Shown here one piece after another: positions 39,535-51,010 of a stretch of 64,000 bases of DNA. The notes beneath the pieces were generated by a model, which was given only the letters and a program-made list of their open reading frames with translations, did not search any database and was not told where the DNA came from. Position 1 is the stretch's first letter. Every line of letters starts with the position of its first letter. A program made the translations under genes and the position numbers. This stretch comes from Hemiscyllium ocellatum (taxonomy: Eukaryota): NCBI RefSeq assembly GCF_020745735.1, contig NC_083425.1, positions 25,593,575 to 25,657,574 of the forward strand, written 5' to 3'.

Positions 39535-41350
39535 ATTACTAAGGTTATCCATGTATCCTTTCTTTTAACAAAGACCTGATGTTTGCAATTCTCTAGTCTT
39601 TTAGTACTTTTTTTGAATCTAGCAAATGCTGAAAGATTAAAGCCATTGCCCTTCACTCTCATTATGTTAAATATCCTTAGGTACCAACAGTCTATCCAGC
39701 ACTTCTTCCTTATCAATTTTGAACCCTTCTAGTATTATCTGCCTCCTTGGTAAAGTCAGATGCAAAGTATTCACTTAGTACCTAAGCTATGACTCCTGTG
39801 TCCATGGGTAGATACCCTTTCTGGTTCCTGATGTGGCCCATTTCTCTTTTTACTGCTCTGAAACTTTTAGAAGACTTTGGGACTCCCCTTGATATCAGCT
39901 TCTAGTCTTCTTCTCATAATTCCTCTGCTTCTCTAATATGCTTTTTTTTACCTCCATTCTGAACCTTCTATATTCCTCCTGATTCTCATTTGTATTTCCT
40001 CTCTGACACCTGACATTAGTATACTTTTCTTCTTTAAGTTAATTTGTATTTTCCTTTGTAACCCAGATAGCACTAGTTATGCTTGACTTACCTTTCCCTT
40101 TTGTGGGAATATACTTCAGTTGCATCTGACCCATGTCCTCTTTGAAGGTAGGCAATTACTCAATTGTAGCTTTTCCTGCCAATCTTTCATTACATGCTAT
40201 CATGCCTGACTCTATCTTGCTGCATTGAAGTCAAGATCTCTCCCAAATGATTTTTTTTTTCTGGAGTGACTATTTTCAGTATCCAGAATCATCTTAAACG
40301 TTCCCCCACCGATACTTGATCCACTTGGCACAATTCATTTCCAAGAATCATATCCAACAGTGCGTTCTTTTTTGTTGGTCTGGACACATGGTCTTATGGG
40401 AAAATCTCTTAAATACAATCTGGAAACGCTTGCTGCTTGCTGCCGTCTACACTAGCAGGGTTTATTTGATCGATCCAGTGTGGGCAGAGCAAGCCTATTG
40501 CATTCGATAAGCTCAGCACAGAGGAGATCAAGTCCTGGTGGGGATTGCAAGACCAGCATGGCTAAGCACTTAAGAAGGACTATAATGTTGAATTTGTATC
40601 TTTATTTCTTTATTTTTCTACCTTGTACCTAGGTACCTTTGTGTCTAAGATGGTGCAGGAATGGTGACTTTGTACACTTTTCACTGTACTCTTGTATCCC
40701 TGCACTTGAGTACACATGACGATAAAATTTAATTCTGGTATTTGAGTAATTAATTATTCCATAATGTTGCCAATCTCTGCAATTTTCCTGTAGATTTGTT
40801 TCTCCACATCTTTTACTGAAGTTGGTGGCCTGTAGACCACATTGAGCAGTGTAATTGCATCCTTTTACTCCTTAGCTCAAGCTTCATCAATTTTCCTTCA
40901 ACCCTCTAGAATGTCCTCTTTCACCAGAACTACAAGGTTCCTGTTAACCAATATTATCAGCCATCCTCCTTTCCCTCCTCTTCCATCTAGTCACAACATT
41001 TTGAACCCAGGAGTATTTAGCACGCAATCCTGCCCTTCCTTGAGTCAAATCTTTGAAATCATGACAACATATTTTCACATAGCAATCTGTGCCTGTAACT
41101 CCCAATCTAATTTAATATTTTCCATTCAATCACAGACATGCTCAATAAACCTGACCTCATTATGTTCTCCTTTACTCCGAAATTATGTATTGATTTACTA
41201 CTCTTTATGCTCATCTGTCTCTCCAAGTATTTTTGAACCCTGATATCCTTCTGTCATATTCTCTCCTGGTTCCCATATCTTTGCCAAGTTAGTTTAAAGC
41301 CCTTCCAACAGCACAAGCAAAATGTTGCAGAAGGAATTCAGTTCCTGCTC
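39535..41350 (-). mobile_element. Old CR1 (endonuclease/linker region)
   Basis: Decayed YRPP, GRVLGNEL and YFAS-type motifs on the minus strand; interrupted at 40449-40737. Confidence 0.65.
40449..40737 (+). mobile_element. Short retroposon with Rex1/Babar-like tail
   Basis: Ends cacttttcactgtactc..gagtacacatgacgataaaa. Confidence 0.5.
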
Positions 41351-41539
41351 TGTTCAGGTATAACATGTCTATGCAAACTTATTTTCCTTTTGAAATCCAA
41401 ACTTTTATATTTTGCAAGTTTCCAATTGTGCTGTATATTGTCAAATTTTGGCTGAGTGTCAATTTCAAGTTCACAGAGAGGTTCTTTCTGTCAGACACAG
41501 TGAAACTTCTCACCATATAATCCCAATCTTGCCTCATTA

Positions 41540-43110
41540 ACTATCTATCTCTCCCATATGGTGAAACTTGCATCCGATGCCAGCTCTATTCTACCTCTCA
41601 CCGTGCTCAGAAAATCTCACTATTACCAGGATATCCCAGAACAGCCCATATTTCATGGCGCCAATACCATCTTGAAAGGGCATTGTGCACCCAGAAAAGC
41701 ACTAAGAGTCAGGAACTGTTCTGCACAGTGACTGACATTTGCATCGGACATGGAAGAAAAGGTGAAATTGCTGTGTTGCTTTGCAGACAGAGACCTGGAG
41801 ATTCTGATGGATGGGATGATGCAGAGATGGGCCATCCTCATCTTCCAGCACCAGCAGTGAAAGCAAAAACACCAGGCCCTGACAGCCTGGGTTGAGGTTG
41901 CTGCCCAGGTCTTGGCTGTCTGGAGAAGTGTCCAGCAATGCAGGAAGAAGGTCAATGATCTATTACACTATGCCAGGAGCAACCATCTTCTCTCTGCTAC
42001 CTCATACTCACTCTCTTTCTGTTACAGCTCTCACCTCCCACCAATGCTCTAACCACTCCAATGCACAACACCAATCTGCATGCCCTATGTAATGTCTACT
42101 CAGTAATTTGAGAAAAATCACCATTTTCCCTCCATTTGCATCAGCACAAAAAGATGTGCCACCCTCTTTCATCTCACTGATCCCTGCCTTCCTCTCATTC
42201 CAGGAAAAAAGTAGTACAGTAAAGATGCATAGTGGGAAACCAAAGTTTTGGCTTCTTGCCCTTTTAGAAGGTGAAGGGCCTGATCCTAACTCCCCAACTC
42301 GCTGACTGCCCATGCCTAAGCAACACTACTGGTAATGGAAGTTGCCTTTGACTTGCTGAGCTGGGACCCCCTGATTGAATGGTGTCTCCCTTGAAGTGAC
42401 TGAGGACTGCTGACAACCATGACAAGCTTCCTGCTTTTGTGTCTGCTCTAAACAGGAAGGCAAGACAGAAGTGCTATCATTTTGGAGGATCTGCCTGAGG
42501 AGCCAAAGCATAAAAAAGGGCAATGCAAGACAGGGATGCGATGAGCATTCAGGAGGGCCCACAGTGAGTGTTTGCTAAGAGAGCAAGGAAACAGCCTTGA
42601 GAGGCAGTCTGGCCCAGTGTGTAAACTGGGTACTTGTCCTTTGTTTTGCATTGCAATGCTAGTTGCCAGTGAACCCCAAAGTACAGAAGTACAAGCAGAT
42701 CATGGTAATTCTGAGAGGCTGATGTGTTAGATGTCAGCATCCGTGGAAAGGGATGTATGTGGCTGATACCCTGGAGCATTCCCTAAACATGTGACTGGGT
42801 GTCCAAGATGGCAGCCTGGATGTGTAAGCAGTGAACTGGCCTTGCCATATATCCACTTAGGCTTTCATATGGGAATTGTCAATGTCTCTTTTCCTCATGA
42901 CAGGTGGTAGAATAGGACGTTGCATACTAATAAGGTGAGATTCAGTGTTAGGGTGGTTGTTATCAAGCAATAATCCCCATTACTAGGCATCTCACTGCTG
43001 CATAATGAGAATCTCATCTCAAAGCCTGGAACTTATTTGAAAAATGCAGCTGGTTGCTCCCAATGTCAAGGTCGGTCTCATTGGATTTCTCTCACAATTC
43101 TATCAGTTTT
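41540..43110 (+). mobile_element. PIF/Harbinger-type relic with Myb/SANT-like domain
   Basis: 41762-41977 reads VKLLCCFADRDLEILMDGMMQRWAIL..*..LTAWVEVAAQVLAVWRSVQQCRKKVNDLLHYAR, the Myb/SANT-like trihelix signature (F.D.E/DL..L...W..VA..V...R...QCRKK.NDL). Outer limits are approximate. Confidence 0.65.
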
Positions 43111-43264
43111 CTTGCTGTAGGCTATGTTATTTAAGTCCCTATAAAGTTCTGCATGTTATATTTTCTCCCTTATGCATTTATCTTCAAAGTATTCTTTAAA
43201 GTTTAAAATTATGTTAAAGTCTTGTTTTAATAAGTACAGTTTACAGTATTTTCTTGATGTTACA

Positions 43265-44292
43265 AATGCTTACCAAAGATCAATTGGATCAATGGGCTGG
43301 TGTGGTAGATGGAGTTTAATTTGGATAAATGCAAGATATTGCATTGAGGAAAACAAACAAGGGCAGGACTTTCATAGAATCGCTACAATGTGGAAACAGG
43401 CCATTCGGCCAAACAAGCCCACACCGACCCTCCAAAGAGTATCTCATCCATTCCCATCCTCCTATCTTATCTCTGTAACCCTGCAAAAACTCATGGATAA
43501 CGCACCTAACCTGCACTTCCCTGGACACTATAGGCAATTTAGTGTGGCCAATCCACCTAACCTGCATTTCTTTGGATTTATACAATGAAAAGTAGGGCCT
43601 TGGCTTGTGTTGTGGAAGAGAAACCTCGGGGTTCAGGTACATAATTCTTTGAAGTTTGTGTCATATATATATATATAGGGTGGTTAAGAAGACTTTTAGC
43701 ACCCTTGCCTTCATTGCTCAAACCTTTGTGAATAGGAGTTGGGACATTATGTTGAGGTTATACAGGATCTTGGTGAGGCCTCTTCTGGAGTACTGTGTTC
43801 AGTTGTGGTCACCTGTTATAGGAAGTATATTATGAAGCTTGAGAGGGTTCAGAAGAGATTTACCAGGATTTTGCTGGGGATGGAGGGTTTGGGTTATGGG
43901 GAGAGGATGGATAGGCTCACTGGAGCATCAGAGGTAAGGGGTGACGTCAGAGATTTATAAAATCATGAGGGGTACAGATAAGGTGAATGGCAGGTGTCTC
44001 TTCCCTGGGTTGGAGGCTTTCAAGACTAGGTGCATATTGTTAAGGTGAGAGGAGAAAGATTTTAAAAAAGACTTGAGAGCCAATTATTTTTACACAGAGT
44101 GGTGTGTGTTTGGAATGAACTTCCAGAGGAAGTGGTGAATGCAGGTACAGTTACAATTTTAAAACACATTTAGATAAGTACATGAATAAGAAATGTTTGG
44201 AGTGAACAGGCCAAGCCCAGGCAGGTGAGATTAGCTTAGTTTGGAATTATGGTTGGCATTGACTAATTGGACTGAAGGGTCTATGCTGTATG
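43265..44292 (+). mobile_element. CR1 3' part, with HE1-type SINE 3' half inserted at ~43372-43578 (-)
   Basis: KLERVQKRFTRILLGMEGL; the SINE piece is the reverse complement of 16995-17145. Confidence 0.85.
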
Positions 44293-44499
44293 GAATGTTA
44301 TTGTATGAATATTCCTAACAAGCTTGTTTCCACTTATCAAACAGGAACAAAATTAATACCTTCATTGAAACATACTGGTTTATGATTCCACTAAAGTAAC
44401 ACAAACAATAATAGTTGAGAATAACTTTGTTTATTTAATGGCCATTAAGCACTCAATGCGCTGAAGCAGTTAATACACATCTGATGTGTAGTCAATATA

Positions 44500-44790
44500 T
44501 TTTGTATGCAAATGTGACAGCCAATTTATGCACAGGAATGTAGTGTTCAGAGCAATGAAATAAATGAGCAGTTACTCTGTTTTGCTGGTATTGGTTGGAA
44601 GGTAAATATTGACCAGAACACCAGGAGATTTCATCTGTATCTTTTTGAATAATGCCATGCCATATACTCAAACAGGTAAACATAGCCATGCTTTAATGTC
44701 TCAACCAAAACATGGCAATTCCAGTAAATGCAACAATTTCTCAAAAGGTAGAGAAGTGTCAGTTTAGATTGAGAGATCATGTCTTGGATT
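44500..44790 (-). mobile_element. DeuSINE (SacSINE1/AmnSINE-type Deu domain) relic
   Basis: Minus strand gagacattaaa..atggcattattcaaaaag..ctcctggtgttctggtcaatatttaccttccaaccaatacc..gtgcataaattggctgtcacattt follows the Deu-domain consensus as I recall it. Confidence 0.7.
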
Positions 44791-45435
44791 GTAGATTGAA
44801 ACTATAGCCTGACATAAAGGCAAGCATGATACCGTTGGTACATGGTATCATATAGATTTGTGAATTTGCACAAATAATTTGATACAAGTGTAATAAACAC
44901 TTACTAATATCCCCAATAGTGATTTCTACCCGTCTCTTAAAAATTCTGTGAAATAGCACCAAAATTGAAAAAATCGGTCTCATTTTGGATTTCCTTCCAT
45001 GTATCTAAAATTTTCATAACTTTCAGGTTATCAAGAGGATCAAAGAGTAATCTGAATCTCCAGTAAAGCAGTGAAGAGTGACATTGTTGGAAAGTATGCA
45101 GTTGTGTTGCAGTCGTGTGTATGTGCATGCACAATGTGTGCTGCCGAATGTTTCCATTCATGAAAGACTGGAGCTATTTTCAGGAGGACTTAAGAAGCTG
45201 CAGTACTGGTTTATAAAACACAAATGTCAATTGTAATGAGATAAGGGAAATTAGTTATGCTTGTTGCAAGTTCTTTGGAAAAATTCTCAGATGATGTTGA
45301 AGTTATTGCAACAAAATATTTTTTGTAATAATTTGTACAGTTGACTGCATTGATATCATAGTTTTGAAGAGATTATAGAGATAGGAAGAGGTGTGGCCTT
45401 GGAAGAATTTGAAAATGAAAATGAAGATTTTAAAG

Positions 45436-45694
45436 GAGAAAGTGAGGACTGCAGATGCTGGAGATCAGAGCTGAAAATGTGTTGCTGGAAAGGCGCAGCA
45501 GGTCAGGCAGCATCCAAGGAGCAGGAGAATCGACGTTTCGGGCATGAGCCCTTCTTCGGGAATGAAGAAGGGCTCATGCCCTAAACATCGATTCTCCTGC
45601 TCCTTGGATGCTGCCTAACTTGCTGCGCCTTTCCAGCAACACATTTTCAGCTCTGATTTTCAGTGCCACTCCAACAGTGCCATTTTCAACTATA
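45436..45694. mobile_element. Family-C Penelope pLTR fold-back insertion (94-bp arms, 6-nt loop)
   Basis: 12-bp TSD aagattttaaag at 45424-45435 and 45695-45706; arms 45464-45557 and 45564-45657. Confidence 0.9.
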
Positions 45695-46084
45695 AAGATT
45701 TTAAAGTCAAGATACTGCTTGAGCTGGACCCCGTAGACCTGAGCATGTAAACATGCAGATAATTTACCTACAGCTTTTCAATACAACCATGCCTATGGAG
45801 GACAAGGTTTTTCACTACAATGACATAGTCAAAATTTTATTCCTCAAACTATTGTGTAAAGGGAAAAGTTTGTTGATAATTTTCTTATTTTGATAAAGCG
45901 CTGAATTATTAAATTTGTAAATGTCTTATTAATTTCTTTATTCCTCCAGACTTAAAATCAGCAGCCTCTGACAAGAAATGACAACAGTTTCTAAAATCAA
46001 ATTGTGCACCTCTCACAAATGCTTTCTCATACACAGTAAACAATTGTAATTATTAAACTTTTGACAATTCCTTGTCTTCAACAG

Positions 46085-46465
46085 GGAAGTGACAGTGAAT
46101 GTGAAGTTGATCAAAATAGACCGAAGACACATTCTTTTGTTAATCACTACATAAGTGATCCTACGTATTACAACTCATGGCGACGGCAGCAGAAAGGCAT
46201 TTCAAGAATTCAGGCCTACGATTACACAGAGAGTGAATCAGGTGATCCAGTTCACAATCATCAACCTTCCACTAATTTGACCAGCAGCATCCATGTACCT
46301 CCGGCCACACAGCAAGGCAGCCTCTACCGAGCTAAACGGAGTCTAACACCCACACCCCAACATCCCTCCAATAATACCAGCCAGTCAAGCACCCTGTATC
46401 GGCCTGCTAGCAGCCTCGCACCAGGATCCAGAACCCCACTAGCAGGATTTTCTTCTTTTGTTTGA
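46085..46465 (+). CDS. SDK2: Sidekick-2 terminal coding exon (cytoplasmic tail with PDZ-binding motif)
   Basis: [57 protein letters not shown] is the sidekick C-terminus. The RRQQKGISR and [14 protein letters not shown] segments are SDK2-type rather than SDK1-type. The acceptor AG is at 46083-46084 and the stop TGA at 46463-46465. Confidence 0.95.
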   Translation, partial: GSDSECEVDQNRPKTHSFVNHYISDPTYYNSWRRQQKGISRIQAYDYTESESGDPVHNHQPSTNLTSSIHVPPATQQGSLYRAKRSLTPTPQHPSNNTSQSSTLYRPASSLAPGSRTPLAGFSSFV

Positions 46466-49400
46466 ACTATGCTGAAAGGTATTTTCTTCTTAATTCTGAA
46501 GTATTATTGTGTGGAAGACAATCACAAATCTGCTATTTACAAACGTGCAGATTTTATTTACTGGAAAAACAAGACTGCAAGGGATAAAAACCATCAGACC
46601 ATCCTGTAAAACATTCTGTCATGGTCTGAAGAGAAAGTGGTCTCCAGCAATTACAAAAGAATGGAGGGGCAGACAGTTTGCCACAAAGAATTAGTCTTGC
46701 TACCCAATGGGCTTACATTTTGATCAGCTGAGAAGTGTATGAATCTCATGTATGTCTATAGACATTGGTAAAAAAAACACAACTTGATGCCATAGTAGTC
46801 AATTGGCGAAGTCAAAAAATCTGGGGGCTGTTGTGCCCATTATATATAAAACCAACAGTTCTAATTTAGTTGCTATCCTTGCTATTTGCAACTATTTTTA
46901 TTGATTGGTTTTCACTTTAATACTGCTGCATGACTGCTACAGTGTGACTCCTCACTAAGCTTGTATAATTTACCTATCATCAAATGCTGTAATGCTGATA
47001 AGTTTAACATTTTCAAAAAATATTTTCATTGGACAAATTTTCAGATTCATATCTGATGTTTTAAAAAATCTGCCTTTTCTTTGTCTATTAACTTGTGAGT
47101 TGTCATTCACCAAAACAAAAACTGCATGAATCACAAGACAATATTGGCCATGTTTTTGTAAAGTCATAGTCATTGTACTATAAGACTTCTTTCTTAGTAG
47201 TTTCTAACAAAATGCAATCTTTTTCTCAAATATAAGGCAAGCGATTCAGTTTCGGGTTTCTAGCAGGAGAAATGTCAATGAGATAGCTCAACTGGAGAAC
47301 TTAATGGGTGAAGTTTGTCAGTAAATTTTCTTTCACAGTGTAACTGTTGGCACTGCAAAGATTCTCCTTTTCTAATGGCATAAATCTGGAACATTAGGCT
47401 TTAGTTGGTAAATTTCTTTTTCCCATTTATTCTATCCCTAAATTTAACTGGTTACAGAAATAGTATCAAATATTAATTAGTTAATAATTACAAATTTCTC
47501 TATGTTAATAAATCCAAAAATAATTTAGGCATAAATTTGACAGGTCCAATTATCAGTCTTTTGACTTTGTAAAAAGTCAAGTATGATGGTTTCTCCTTTT
47601 AACAAGAATGACACGATAATATCTTATTGAACCATTGCATTAGATGTGCATAGGGGCAATTGCATTATATGGAAGCATGATGATTGTTATGCAGAACAAC
47701 ATTTAGTTATGTGGGCATACTGTTCCAATCATAAACAATAAGATAGGAGTCATATATGGGGTTATTCTTGTTTCTGTAAAACAATAATGTAATAACTGAA
47801 GGAGTCACTGGTAGTCACCATTTCTTTTTCTTATAACAGTTCTTAGCAAATTTGCCAAGTTAATGCTACAAGGAAAGCAATTGAACCCTTGGGGAAAAAT
47901 AATTCATACAGATCACATTATGGACTTTCAAAACGTAATGTAGTTGGACACCTGACCTTCTATTACTTTTTATTTCCCAAATCAGTTTAATCTTTGTTAT
48001 TTTTTTCTGCTCCATAGACAGTTATAAGAACATGATTCAGCACAGCAGTGATTTTAATCTGCCCAGAATGATTAGATATATCGTGATTCTTCGTTAAGAA
48101 AGTCAGATGCCATGTTATCAACAGACCACCTCCATATTTAGGTTGAACTTGATTTGCAATGTTAGAGGAGTATGTATCTTTGAATACCAACATAGTGTTC
48201 TTTAGCATGGTATTTCCTGACATGAGGGTGAATTCTGGCCTTCAGGTCAGTGTGTGTATAGTCATTTGTATCAAATATTGATGTTTATTATGAAAAGAAA
48301 ACAGGAAAACTTAATGATGGTCCTAACATATATATATAGAAGATATTATGATGTGGTCCTGGCCCAGTGGGATCTTTTCCAAGTACTAATATTTTGTTTC
48401 TGCAAATTAGTATCATAAAAATACAGCATACACTATACAAGTGGGTGTAGATCATATTGGTGTAGCAATAGTGCATAATTAAATAAATCAATACACAAAT
48501 TATGAAACTTACTTTGTGGCCATATCTCTCACATCATTGGCCAACATCAGTCTCCAAATTAAATGTCTAATTAAGATGCCAATCTGTATCAGGAAAACAT
48601 AACTCTAATCAATATTTAAAATTGATACCAAAGCTTGGAAGTTTGCAGAACCAGAAGGAATGCAACTATTGAATTAGTGGCAGTGGATATTCCATACTGA
48701 AGCAACAACTGCAAATGGATGAAAACAGAATTACACTTTTAAAATAATTGAGGTTTAATGAGATAATATGTCTGTATGAAATAGGTATTCCTGATAGCAG
48801 CCAAGAGTTACAACATAAAGTTAAAAGGAAGCTATTAATATAATAGCAGCTTTTAAATTCAATGTTAATTCTTCACAATGGTTGAGGTTTTGTTTCAGTC
48901 AGTTATTATAAGTTATATCACAATTAGGTATAGAAATACATATTTATATTACATATATAGAAACCCACATAAGCAGATATTTGTCTTTTCTATTTCATAA
49001 TTATCACAAAAATGATTTCCAATGACAACTTTCTTTTTCTAAGAAATACTTAGGTCAAGGGCCACAATGCACTATGCAAAATACACAATGATTAAGAAGA
49101 AAATGGGGAAAAAAACAAATGAAGAGGTGATAATCAGTTAATGTAAAGTTCAGTTTTTATAAAGCAATAGATTAGCAGGTGGAAGATAGGCTGAGGAAGG
49201 AATGTTTTCCACAATTTTAGGATGCTGAGAAAACTGCGTTAGATAAAGCTGGAGACAATGGGACTAGTCCTTAAATAACAAAGGCCCAGCTCACATTCAT
49301 GACCATTTCACCTGTCCACAAACCAATTGTGAGTCTTTGAGTGTCAATTTAATTGATAGAATCATGTTCAACACAGTGCTGTCTACAGGAAATATGTGGT

Positions 49401-49574
49401 TGTTTCCTTTCAACTAATCACATTAAAGAATCTCCATTGAGCCATGCAAAACATAAACTTGTAAGTATATTATTAAAATATATAATTTAATGTGAAATAA
49501 TGTCTAGAAAACAAAGTGAGGTAAAAACAATGCACCAAGAGAAATAAGAAACAAAGAGAAGGTAAACAGGTGGT

Positions 49575-49930
49575 TTTTAAAAATTTGTTTATGGAGTATG
49601 GTGTTGCTGGCTTGGCAAGCATTAATTGTCATTCCTAATTTTCCTGAGGGCAGTTGAGAATCAACCACATTGCTGTGGGTGTGGTGTCACATATAGACCA
49701 GACTAGTTAAGGATGACAGATTTCCTTCCCAAAGGACTTATCAAACAAATGTGTTTTTATGACAATGAACAGTGGTTACATGGAGCCCATCAGGCTCACT
49801 TGTTATTCTAGATTTTCACTGAGTTTTAACTTCACAGTCTGCAATGGTAGAGCTTAAAGCCATGTCCACAGAACATTTGTCTGTGCTTCTGAATTACTAG
49901 TCCAGTGACATTAGCAATAAGCCACCACCT
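49575..49930 (-). mobile_element. tRNA-headed SINE with tail shared with the ancient LINE
   Basis: Minus strand ggtggcttattgctaatgtcactggactagtaattcaga head; tail gccagcaacaccatactccataaacaaatt. Confidence 0.6.
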
Positions 49931-50789
49931 CCTCCTTCACAATAATTAAAATATGAAGGAATAACACAGTACATTTATAAGTTAGTTTCATAGAGGTCAT
50001 TTGGTAATAATTAAGGTTTATCACATTATTAAAAACCTATTTCACTTCAACTGAATTCACAGGACTTTTTTTTTGGCATGCTTAGTACTTAGCCAATTGG
50101 GTAAGCACATCAAATTCACAGATCAAAATCTCTCAGCAAAATACAGATATAGTGAGATTTGTGTACGAGCAGGGCATCTCAGAGAGCACCTTCATTATTT
50201 CTGCACTAATGCAGATGACAAAAGTTTCTGTCCAATTTACTTTTCTAATGATGTGAATTTTTACATTCATTATTATACTTAATACAAAATCTAGGCACTT
50301 CCATCTAAATTCTAATGTTTCATGCATAAGATTAACTTAGCCTGAATTCACTATGTTCTTGTGAGGTGTAAGGTATATTCAGATCAAGATTTGAATATGG
50401 TACTAATGTTATAATCTTATAATTGTGCTTGTTACAGTACCCTATTCGCATTGAGGAAACTTCTTCAATGTGATCTCTCAACTCAGAATCTGTCATATTT
50501 GATAATGGCATAAATTCAGGATAGATTTTAATTTAAGTGACTTAATTGGTCAAATATAGTGTGATATTTGGAGGATGTCTCATTGTTGAAATTCATGATC
50601 ACTGTAGTTTTGGGTGGATCAGAATTATTCTAGTTTAGCTACCTCCCTGATCAGTATCTTGATAACTTCAACATCAATGTACAGAAATTCCAATCAAGCT
50701 ATTCAATATTGCTAGGAGTGCAACAATTTCCCTCAGATAGACAAGTCCCAATTATAATGAAAATAAGACTGAAGCATGGAACATGAGGC

Positions 50790-51010
50790 TCGCAGTTTTG
50801 CTAACTGCAAAATATGGTCTGCTCATGATCAATATAGATGAAAAAACTACTGAGTCTCTGCTGAATTAGTTGGTTTCAAGTGAAACAGTGGCAGGACACC
50901 ATAACTGGTTTTCAATGTTCCAGCACAGAAAAATCAGGCAGGGTTGCAATTATGTAATCCTATTCTAACTTCCATTGGAAAATATGTATATTTGGATGAT
51001 TTTAATGGGA
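50790..51010 (+). mobile_element. LF-SINE-like ancient retroposon relic
   Basis: ctctgctgaattagttggtttcaag..cagtggcaggacaccataactggttttcaatg..aaaaatcaggcagggttgc..ggaaaatatgtatatttggatg follows the LF-SINE core as I recall it. Confidence 0.5.

Larger units (their letters stand above)
27..46084 (+). other. SDK2: SDK2 terminal intron (~46 kb, GT-AG, phase 0)
   Basis: GT at 27-28; pyrimidine-rich acceptor ttccttgtcttcaacAG ending at 46084; the reading frame is continuous across the join. Confidence 0.8.

Noticed and set aside
46061-46084. N-terminal MTIPCLQQ of the ORF-track call
   Set aside because: This is the intron polypyrimidine tract and acceptor; the exon starts at 46085.
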